Source of the DNA: Azolla caroliniana
Lineage: Eukaryota > Plantae > Polypodiophyta
DNA length: 64,000 nucleotides
Assembly (NCBI GenBank): GCA_043228905.1
Contig: JBHGNT010000001.1
Coordinates: 5,208,001-5,272,000, forward strand
Reading direction: 5' to 3'
Notes under the pieces: generated by a model
Database searches by the model: none
The model's input: the letters and a program-made list of their open reading frames with translations, nothing else
Told to the model about the DNA's origin: nothing
Translations under genes and position numbers: made by a program
Shown here: one piece after another, positions 12,880 through 23,187 of the stretch
How positions within the stretch are numbered: position 1 is the stretch's first letter
Layout of the letters: the number at the start of each line of letters is the position of its first letter

Positions 12880-13900
12880 GAGTTTCTTATCTTTGTTTTT
12901 GTAGACTTAATCCCTCCTTTCTAGCCACCATCTCTATCCATGGTTTCTTACTTCAAACATTGCTCCAAGAAAGGAGATTTTTTAGCCACCCCCAGATATT
13001 TTTGGCACACAAATATGATTCAATGACAACAAACATAGGCTCATTTTATCCTTATTTTTTCATAACATAAACCATAACGAGGCTATTAACCCTTCAATCA
13101 CCCTTTTTTACCATGGCAATAATGGTCGATTATATGAAACCATAGGAATCATGATTGATGGGATCACTTTCAGTCTTGCATGAAAAGGCTAAGCTTGTGA
13201 TTTCCAATATAGTAATTTGTTCTCAATCTTTTGGGATGTCCACAAAATACCACTCCCATTTGGCACCTCCAAACCATTTGAATAAACCAAGTGCCTACAA
13301 ATCATGCAATGGGGAATGATAACCCATACCTAACCAATATCATAGAGGTTCCTATGTATCGTGAAATGAGTTTTTATTCATGCATTCTAATATTCAAACC
13401 CAAGGCCATTGCAAATAGATCCCACATTCATGTAGCTTTAGTAATGTCATCATGGTCACTCATTAATAGGTACACAATGTAGGGATCACTAAACAATACT
13501 CCATTAAAATCCTACCAAATATCCCCCCCCTTGCCATACTATGTTACATTGTAAGGGAGAAACCAAGTTCATATGCTAATGGAGGAATTTCCCAATGCAT
13601 TCCACTTGACATGGCTGGCCATAGAGTCCCTATCTTTCTGATTGCAACACTTTCCATTTTAATAATCCTTCAATATTTTCAATTTGTTGTATATATTTTA
13701 GTGCCTATTTTGTCTTGGCAACATTTAGGGGAAGCTATAAGAACTTTCTTTCAACATACTAAAATATTCCAAAAGTTTATACTTGTGTTTTTCATTTCTC
13801 TAAGTTTTTCAAACTTCCTTATAAATTATTGGCATTGGCTTATATTTGTAGCTGCAATTGTGTACTTGTGACCTGTCAAATCATACATGATTGGAAATTA
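12880..13900 (-). mobile_element. Degenerate L1-type LINE ORF2 remnant (region after the RT domain)
   Basis: The minus strand gives KIENKLLYWKSQA..FHARLKVIPSIMIP, then FML*KNK..LSLNHICVPKISGGG. These match the plant L1 KI..KL..W...GR..LI and W..IC.PK..GG motifs. Boundaries are approximate. Confidence 0.65.
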
Positions 13901-15372
13901 TAAAATCATCTATCAAAGAGTAACCAGATTATAACAAAAACATGTCTATAACCATTTTGAATTATTGAACAATAATGTACAACAGCAATCGCAATAGACC
14001 CAAAACCACGAAATAGTTTTAGATGGTTTGTAGAGATAACAAAGCATTTTTATTCCCATGGCCATTTGAACAATTAGTCATAGCTTTGGTTTTCATTGGG
14101 GGTATACAAGCCTTAATGAGTAAGGTTAAATTATTCATCTACTAGAAGATTAAACAACAATTTTGAGCATACTATTTCATGTTATATGACAAACATCTAT
14201 GAAACGGAACCATTGTTTTGTTGCATAATTACATGCCAATGGATAGATAGAGCCATTTATACAATTTTTGCACAGCGTGACATTTGCAAAAGGAACCATA
14301 TCAATAGAAACTATTTTACTTGTGAAGCCATAGCATCACAAACTATTTTACATGTGAAATCATAGCACCATACACTATTTTACATGCATCTACAAAAGGG
14401 ACCCATCAATCTTAGGTTTTCCAAACCAATGAAGAATTCAAGTACTTGGTAGTGGTAGAAAGCAACTTAGATATGAAATGATAGTTCATGAAAGCAAAGT
14501 GAAAACCATAATCATGAAGGTTTAAGGCTTACATTTAGGATCTCTTTAAGGTAAACATGCTCAAATGCATTGATGCATGCCACAAAGATGACATTATAGA
14601 ACAGCTTTAACATATTCCTCTAGAACCAATATGCAACTACCTCATTGGCTAAATCCAATATTCAAAATTTTATACTCAAATTTGATCATAAAATTCGAAC
14701 CCATTCCTTGCAAAAGCACAATGTGGATGCATTGCATTCTACATTGTTACAAAATTACATATTAAACAAACGAATTTGATAGTGAGGTGGCAAACCTTAT
14801 AGTTGTATAGCTTAAGATTGCAAGCTCAAGATTACCATTTGACAACTATGCTCCTCTTTTAGAAAAGGCATTCTAAATAGGTTTCCTGCCATCCAAATGA
14901 TTGAAAACATAATCATTGTCCTTTTTAAAGTCAATGATTATAATGAAGGTACTTAATGGCTTTCTAAATTGGTTTTCCACACAAGTGTTGAAAACAGTAG
15001 CTTCACCGTTTTATGGGCATTTCTAAGAATGAACCATACTCATTCATTATGAATGTGACAATACTCCCTACCGTTACCAATCTCATCGTGAAGAAACTTT
15101 ACCAACAATCCTCCTACCAAATTTACAACTTCATCACATTGTAGCTACAAAAGTAACATCCAAATAGCAAGAATATTAACCTAAAGGTGCCCATGATTGA
15201 AAATGTTGATCTCAGCTATCCCCTTTAAATTGGATAATAGAAAATATGATTTCAAATTGAATTGAACTATTAGATGAAGAATTTGGGCACCTTGTAGTAA
15301 TGCATATGGTTAAATATAAAACCATGCATTGTTTTAACTTCAGTTTAAAGATATCATGTACTAAACAAATAT

Positions 15373-15444
15373 GCTCCTATAGCACAGTGGTAGTGCATCC
15401 GCCTTTTAAGCGAATTGTCGTGGGTTCGAACCCCACTGGGGGCA
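15373..15444 (+). tRNA. tRNA with anticodon TTT (nominally Lys-UUU), atypical Thr-like body; copy 1
   Basis: Full cloverleaf: GCTCCTA TA GCAC AGTGGTA GTGC A TCCGC CTTTTAA GCGAA TTGTC GTGGG TTCGAAC CCCAC TGGGGGC A. A and B boxes are intact, CAA lies just upstream and a TTTT terminator about 10 nt downstream. Confidence 0.92.
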
Positions 15445-16494
15445 TCCATAACTATTTTGTATAAAAATCCAAACAAAATGAGTCTCCTTGCATGTATATG
15501 TAACTTTATCATGCTGGATAAGTGTACAATAGCATTGAAGCAATTTCATTTTACATATCATCACGTCAACCTTTTATATTTGCTACATGACAAAACATTT
15601 GCAAAAGGGTCCCATGCAATAGTTTTTGGCATCTCCTGTTTTTAGCTTGATAATCGCCTTGAAAATTTGAAATTGAAATGCAACAACACCCCTACATTTG
15701 ATACGATATGTGTACAATGGAAGTGTTTTTGATTGATTAAGATATAGAAAATAATGGGAGGCAATAATCTTGACTAAGAAAAGAAAACCACCTACAATGC
15801 TTGGGAGTAAGACATTTACAGCCCTTAGGATATATACATGTCGAGTGACATTGTGACTCATATCCCTTTTCTATACAGGCTATACAGATTCATATTGCCA
15901 ATAAATAAAAAGCCTTTCTAAACTTCATATTTACACAGTCCTTAACAAAGGAATTTCATACAGTTCCATAAGTATGTGTTTATACCTTCACATATTAGAA
16001 TAAATGTAGTATACCGTAGGCACATCTTTATTTGTATCCAATAGTTTTAAGTTCATGGAGCAAATACAACTTGAGTAACTATAATATGGCAGTAGATCTG
16101 CCACATGAGTACTCATGTTACTTGCAGTATAAAGCATCAATCATTATTTGCATAGAAGTTATTATGAAATGTCTGGAGCTTACCTCCCATAGCATAACAT
16201 GTTTCACGGATTCAATTCTCACTAGGGGTATGTATGTCTCTCCTTGTTTATGGACTCGAACAATATGGTGTAATCCTAAATTGAGGTTACTGTATGTTTG
16301 CTTATAAACATGCAATATCTTTGCCAGCTGAGTATAAGACTACATATCAGAATAGTTTGAAGCCGTCATAACAAAACTCACCGAGATATCTATATATAAG
16401 GGTTAGCTTTGTTACATTTTACGACGCCAATATTTTAGAGGGTTCTGAATCAAAATTTGAATATGGAATGGAAGTGGCAAAATTTCAAGCTTGC

Positions 16495-16560
16495 ACCCTC
16501 TATTAGTACAGTAATAAGGCACCCTTGAAAATTGTTGTGGGTTCAATCCCTATTGGTGCT
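16495..16560 (+). pseudogene. Decayed copy of the same atypical tRNA
   Basis: ctctattagtacagtaataaggcaccc..aattgttgtgggttcaatccctattgg aligns with copy 1 (..aattgtcgtgggttcgaaccccactgg). It carries transitions and a deleted anticodon arm. Confidence 0.6.
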
Positions 16561-16949
16561 TAATAATGGTATTTGATATTCATTTGTAATATTGGTGCCT
16601 AGGGAAAACGTATTGGATGCCAGTCAAATAATTCAACTATTGGTAGGTTGGAAGTACAGTAAAGAGAACGAAACCTCAGAAAACAGGTCGTTAAGTTAAC
16701 CAAAAAAATTCCTAAAACAGGGTAACGTCATAGATGGAAGGTAAGAACTCATTCCAATGCTTCCGTAGCAAAAGTTCTGGGTGAAGCACTTACATGACTT
16801 TGGCATCTGTAGTGTGGTCAGACCATATCATAACCGCATAACATTGCGCCAATCATAGCATCCCAACTGTTACATTCACTGTTCCATTAGGCAGATCTCA
16901 TAGTAATATTCTGCTTTGCAATACATGAGGATAGAATCACCTCGTATAT

Positions 16950-17021
16950 GCTCCTGTAGCACAGTGGTAGTGCATCCGCCTTTTAAGCGAATTGTCGTGG
17001 GTTCGAACCCCACCGGGGGCA
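16950..17021 (+). tRNA. tRNA with anticodon TTT (nominally Lys-UUU), atypical Thr-like body; copy 2
   Basis: Identical to copy 1 except G7-C66 replaces A7-T66. It is followed by tagTTTT. Confidence 0.92.
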
Positions 17022-20000
17022 TAGTTTTAGATTCTTGACAAGTGGTGCAGTCTTCCAGTTTTATTTTTACTTTTTTAACTTCATGTCGCTATTTTCTTCT
17101 ACTTTTCCTTTATTACACTCAACTTTTTTCCTTTTTCTTTTTACTTTAAACCTTTTATAGTTTTACGTTTTAGTTCTAAACCTTCATCCCCTTCTTTTCT
17201 TCAACATTTTGCGTTTTTACTCTTTCTCGCTTCCTTCTGATTTTTTACTTTTTTGCATTTCCTTAATTCTTTATCACTTACTTTCTTCTGCCTTCTTCCT
17301 ATCTTTTTTAAGTCTCTTAGCTTTCTTGCTTCTATTTTTTACTTTTTTACTCTTCAAAAATCTTCTACTTCTCCTTTTTAGCTCTTTATCCCCTCGTTTC
17401 TACTGCTTCTGCTTTTTTGCTCTCCAAAATATTCTGTTTTTGCTTTTAACTTTATCTCTCTTATCACTCATTTCTTCTATTTGTTCTTCATATCTTTTTT
17501 TCTCTCTCTATTCGCACATGATCTTCAGATCTAAAAAAACTTTTTTCTCCAAACGAATCCATAAAATCTCTTAGCAAACTAACTCTCCCAAATGTTCTGT
17601 TTTAAAGTTTTAATTCTTCATCCCTTCCTTTGTCTTTTTGTCCTCCAAAAACTTCTGTTTTTGCTTTCAACTCTCTCTCTATGTATCACTCTTTTCTTCT
17701 ATTTTTTATCTTAAAAACAATTTTCCTACCATTTATCGTCCATACGACAATATATATATATATATATATATATATTCTCTCGCTCTCTATTCACATAGTA
17801 TCTGCATATTTTCAGATCTAAAAATAACATTTTGCGAAAAGGAATCTATAAAATCTTGAAAAAAAAGCAAAATCAAAAGAAATTAAGTCAGTGAAAAACC
17901 AACAGGAAGATCCATCATGTAATGCATTCATTAAGTAAAAAAACCTTTCTTTTCTACAATCACTTCGTTTCTTCATATTCATTGATCAAAATAAACAAAA
18001 TCAGGAAAAAGGACATCGTAAACCATAAAAACGAGCAAGAAATGGAGAATGATGCAAGCGCTAAAAGATTCAGATGTAGGAGAAGATAACTAACCTCTCT
18101 TCTTCCTGCCCGTCTTTCTGGAAGCAAACTTCTCATTCACAACGAAGATCGCGATAATTGAAAGATTGCATTTCTCAAGCAAGTTGGAAGGTTTTCTGGA
18201 TTCAAAGGATTGACTTTATCGCGTGAGTGAGTGAAAAACGTCGCTAACGCCCTGCACTACATGTTGTCAACAGTAAAAAAGCTGTCGTCTTTCTCTCTGC
18301 ATTGCGACCAGTTTGACAGATCTTCTTTCTTCTTCTTCTTCTTCTTCTTCTTCTTCTTCAGTGGTCACGCTGTCAAGACTGTTATGAGGCTTGCGGCGTT
18401 TTTGAAATTGTGGAAATTACTCCCCACTCTTCAAACTAATGAGGTATTTACCGTGATGCCCCTGGGACGGTTATGAAAGGTATGTACATTTATTATACAT
18501 ACATGGAAGACAACCCCTACGATCTACCACAACATAGCAATTGACTATAGGGCAAAAGTCTCGTGTGAAGTTATGGTTGATTATGCATGGAAGTCTTGTG
18601 TCCAATCATTGAGTCAATTTTGCGATTAGATGGTCAACATCCTCATTGTGAAACCACTTTTAAAATTTTAATATCTCTTGTGAATTTGCAATTGATAAAA
18701 AAAAGTAAGCATCATGTGAAGCAATGACCAATCATTAGTGTTATTTTAGGCTTTTTGGTAAACATATGTGTTGGTTACCATATGTTGGATAGTATATGTA
18801 GACATAATGTATGTAGCAATATTACTATGTAATTGTGGTTACCTTAGCAATGAAACAAATCTTGAAATATCGTGGAGTTCTCATAACATAGAGCATCTAT
18901 CACACAAGGTTATTATGAGCAATTTGATCATGATTCTCATTAAGTTAATATAGTCAATATGAATTATTTGTTGTTTACTTCTTTGTTTATCTATAATCAA
19001 GTTTCAAATGCAACCACGAGGTAACTCATTTCCATTAGTTAGTATGTTAGTGATCTCCATTTGATTGCATGTATAATCCCTAGTTGTTGTGACTTGGTCT
19101 TATAGTCATATCTTGAGTTGGAGCCCTAAAGTGTGACTATAAAGGTATGATATCATGTACGTATTTTCCACCAGGGGTTTAATTCAGCGGAGATAGGGTC
19201 TCTATATCTTCAAAGTTATTTAAAAGAGATAGGTGTTAACGTATTCCACAATAATTTAGTTGATTATGTATTGTTCCCACAGTAACCATGGATGGTTATG
19301 GTACACAAATTTGAATTAACTCATGTTGGTTGAAGCATAGAAGCCTCAATGAGTATCAAACACTTTTATCGTGACCCACTCGATACTATAAGGATACATG
19401 ATTATTGTCAAGAAATTTGAATTTGGTCATGAAGCTCGAAGCACAATTGCTTAAGGCTATGTAGAAGGCATGCCATAGAGCCATATGTGGTGGATAGTTT
19501 AATAACATACTTAATTTGTGCCAACAATAATGGTAAGGTAGAGACTAACGACAAAAAATGATTATTATGTTCGAACTAGTTTATTCAAGTACAATCAGAT
19601 AACGATGATATGAACAACATTTCCTATGAGGTTGAACAATGTGAGAAATACAATTATGTATGTACCTTTTGATGGCAAGCAAAGGTGAAAGTTACGAAGA
19701 AAACAGTTACAAGAGATGCTCAAAGGGAATAAGTAGGGCAAATGTATAAGGATATGGTCATTCCTTTGTTAAGGAACGACTAGGGTGGATGCAAGATAGT
19801 GATATAAGCCTCAATGAACAATAATGAGGACAAAGGCATAACCCTTCGGTGGTGGATAACATAATAGTGGTTGAAGAGGTAACACATCATTTGTTAAAAG
19901 AATAAAGTTGTTTGTCAAATAACTTCAAGCCATAATATGGCACATAATGCCCACATAGCATGATATGAGCTTACAAGGAAATGTATAATTCCTTGTTTGT

Positions 20001-21372
20001 GAAAATGCTTAGTTGCTTGGCTATATCATAATTTTGTCTCATAATCGTTCATTGGATTGTGTTGATCCTTTTCCATGAAAAAGTTGGGAGTTGTTTGATG
20101 CATCATTAACTGAGGAGATTTTAGTTGATAAACTACCAATGATAAATATTTAAGTCATAGTGGAAGTGGATCCATTAGAAAGTTGAGGTAAAATTTGCCA
20201 CTAGTTCTTTCAATTAGCAAACTCGATGAAATGAATTGCATATATTTATGCACATTCAAGAATATTCCAAGCCAAATATATTGACATTCATCCAAAGACG
20301 CTTCCAAGGAGGTAGATGCTTTGAGGTCAATATTAAATGCATATCGAAAACTCATATGACTTTATCGTAGCCGATAAGTAGCATTAGTCATCTTCATTGA
20401 GCAAAACCCAAAGATTGAGGTAGCAATAAAAGATACGTTGGAAGAAGAGAGGGTAGTGGGGGTAGTGATGTTAAATCACCTTTGGACAAGATAAGCCGAG
20501 TTAGGTTGGCAACTCATCGAAGATGGGTTGGTAGGGAGTTATATTCATGTGTTGCCCATCAAAATTTGTTAGCCTTCTCATTGTGAGGATTTTGGAAATT
20601 TACTTTTTGAAATGAAGAGTTATGGATATGTGCAAAGATGGTTGCAGTGGGAATAACTTATAGAGTGATGTGATCCTATGTTGCTCGAGAAGTAGAAAAT
20701 ATGTATGTATGTATAGAGGCACCTACTTCAATTCAAACCATTTGCCTTCAAAGCCAATCTTGAGTCTTCAAGGTATCTATCTTGTGTTCAATGCTTGCCT
20801 TGGTGCTATTGTATTCTTGATACATACATACATACATTTATACATATTATGTATATATATGTACAACCTCTTGCTTTCAAATGAGGAAGTGGGTATATGT
20901 CTTCATTCATCAAACGAGAAACCAAATTCGCTAATTATGATCCTAATTAGATATTGAGCTTGCAGTAATTAGGAAACCTCCGCAGGCTCCGATTACTTAC
21001 CAATTGTATTTCTTTAGAGGCGACTTTAAATCATACAAGCCGAATTAATCTAATGAAACATTAATTAGACATAGATTAAGCTAATAGAGTTAACTTTTAT
21101 TTTGACTATTAGGTTGATAACGCTAATGAATTCTCTAAATATAGGTACATGCATAATTAATCGTGATCGCGTGTGCTCTGTTGAAAATTTCAGGTGACTA
21201 GGAGCCTCAAGTTTGGGCAAAGATCATGGATAGATTTCTCCTCAGATCAGAATTTTTGATAAAGCATATGTATAATGTCAAAGTTTCCCAGCTTCCACCA
21301 TTCATACATATATGTATAATATGAAACACATGACTCAAGTGAGTCTTTTTATTATTAGAATAAAAGCAAATA

Positions 21373-21444
21373 TGCCCTCGGTGGGGTTCGAACCCACGAC
21401 AATTCGCTTAAAAGGCGGATGCACTACCGCTGTGCTACGAGAGC
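21373..21444 (-). tRNA. tRNA with anticodon TTT (nominally Lys-UUU), atypical Thr-like body; copy 3
   Basis: Reverse complement: GCTCTCG TA GCAC AGCGGTA GTGC A TCCGC CTTTTAA GCGAA TTGTC GTGGG TTCGAAC CCCAC CGAGGGC A. It is followed by tatttgcTTTT and has an AT-rich element about 30 nt upstream. Confidence 0.92.
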
Positions 21445-23187
21445 TTACTACTCAATACCGGGGGGATTTTATTTGTATACAATTATTACACTCCAAATAT
21501 ATATGTGGCTTGCAATACCACTAGCCATGCAAAATCGAAACACCGTATTCTCACGACTATAAATAGATTACTAGGAATTGATAGAAGCCCAACAAGTTAC
21601 AAAAAGAGGAATATGAAGAGGCTTTGGAGGAATTATTTTTATTCCTACACGATCATCAACAAGATGTCATAGAAGAATTGATTATGATGTCAAGAATGTG
21701 TGTGACACATGCATTACGAAGACAAGTTGAGACATTTTAAGATGTTGCACAAATGACATATATTTGTCCCCAAAGATGGATAATGCTATTAATGAAGGTT
21801 GTCATCACAACGTGGCATGTGGTATACTAGCTTGAAATAGAAGCATGGTTTGCGAAAGATGCCATGAACTTCTAAGCTAGCCATTTAGGAAGCTATAAAC
21901 AATCGCATATACGAGCTACAAAGAGAATTGCTAACAAGGACAATTTATTAATTAGTATGAAAGCATCGGTGGAGATAAAAGAAAATTCATGCTAGAATGC
22001 AAGATGGTGATTTGAGTTTCATGTATTTTAACAAAATGCTATTAGACAAACAAAACTTTACGCAATGATGGGTGAAGGCTCAACATTTGTACAATGACAA
22101 AAAAAAGGCAAAGAAGTGGGTACATATTCAAGACAAGCAAGTGTTAGCCACGGTAATCCCATGTTGTCTAATAGACGAAAGCATAGGACAAACAAAAACA
22201 GGTGGTAGCAAAATGGAAGGATATGAAATGCAAACTTGTCGCCTCGTATGCTTGCAAGATAAGCAACGTGCCAAAAGGACGAATGCACCTCATGCTCGAA
22301 TAATGGCAAATTCGGGAGGTAAATGGAACTTCATGTGCCTCGAGAATGGGCAAGAGATGGTGGACAAAAAGGGCGTGGCATCACTTATACGGAGGATAAG
22401 GCTTGAACAAACAAGCGAGCTAATTGGGATGCCCCAAGGTCCAACGGAGGAGACACTGACATGATCACGAGATGATGGTGTTCTACGGGAGTTGGAAAGG
22501 TAGTCTGAAACGTAGTGAGGGGGCCGAGGGGCTAGCACTATGACCTATATATGTGTGTACATAGCATAGCCTATAGGATGCCACAAGGTCCCATGGAGGA
22601 GGACATTGGTTGGGTTTGCTTCTTTTCTTTGTCCGTCGTCGTCAATGGTCATCATCATCGATGACGACACCCATTCCATTCCGTAGAGGGAGGAAAGAAG
22701 GAATTTCAAATTTCTTATTAGGAAGAACAAGCAAACAAAATAACTATTTAGTAGTAATAATATTAATAATAATAATGACTTTTCTTTTCACTCGTTCTTT
22801 CTCGCTCTCTCTTCTTCCTCCGCCATCCTCGTGTGCAGAAACAAAGAAGCGCTTTTATTTCTGTCTTGTCTTTTGTCTCTCTAGCCATGGCGGGAGCGAC
22901 GACTGCACCCTAAATTTCTCAGACGTAATATCTTCCTCTTTTCCTTTTTTCTTCATTCTTCTTCCTCCTCGAATCTCAAGGTTGCTTCTGGAAAACACAG
23001 AGATCACAAGATCGGCAGATGAGTGGAAGTTTGGAGATACTGCACGTAGAGAACGCAGAGATACAGTAGGAGTTCAAAGTAAGATAGAAGCACAGAAACG
23101 ATCAGAAGGTCGGAAAGTCAGAGAGATATAGGCAGAGGGAGAAGATCGGAGAGAAAGAGAAGATCATACTATATACCTGAGCGATTC

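Larger units (their letters stand above)
16015..18330 (-). ncRNA. Putative spliced non-coding transcript or decayed gene
   Basis: Consecutive minus-strand GT-AG introns: 18094-16911, 16793-16712, 16674-16599, 16381-16290 and 16183-16098. Donors are GTTAGT, GTAAGT, GTTTCG, GTGAGT and GTAAGC. A (GAA)n tract lies at the presumed 5' end. No sustained ORF results after splicing. Confidence 0.4.

Noticed and set aside
9590-13900. A single L1 element split by later insertions
   Set aside because: Both L1 pieces carry their own W..IC.PK..GG-type motif, so they overlap in ORF2 and are separate copies.
15373-15520. Dicistronic tRNA-snoRNA as in Arabidopsis tRNA-Gly-snoR43
   Set aside because: A T4 terminator follows each tRNA within about 12 nt and no C/D box pair is seen downstream.
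16794-16910. Selenoprotein-like in-frame TGA codons in the putative minus-strand exon
   Set aside because: The frame ends at TAA in the next exon, no SECIS is evident, and land plants lack the Sec machinery.
22610-23131. 173-aa ORF upstream of PNC
   Set aside because: It has a non-ATG start and low-complexity CT/GA-rich sequence typical of a promoter and 5'UTR.
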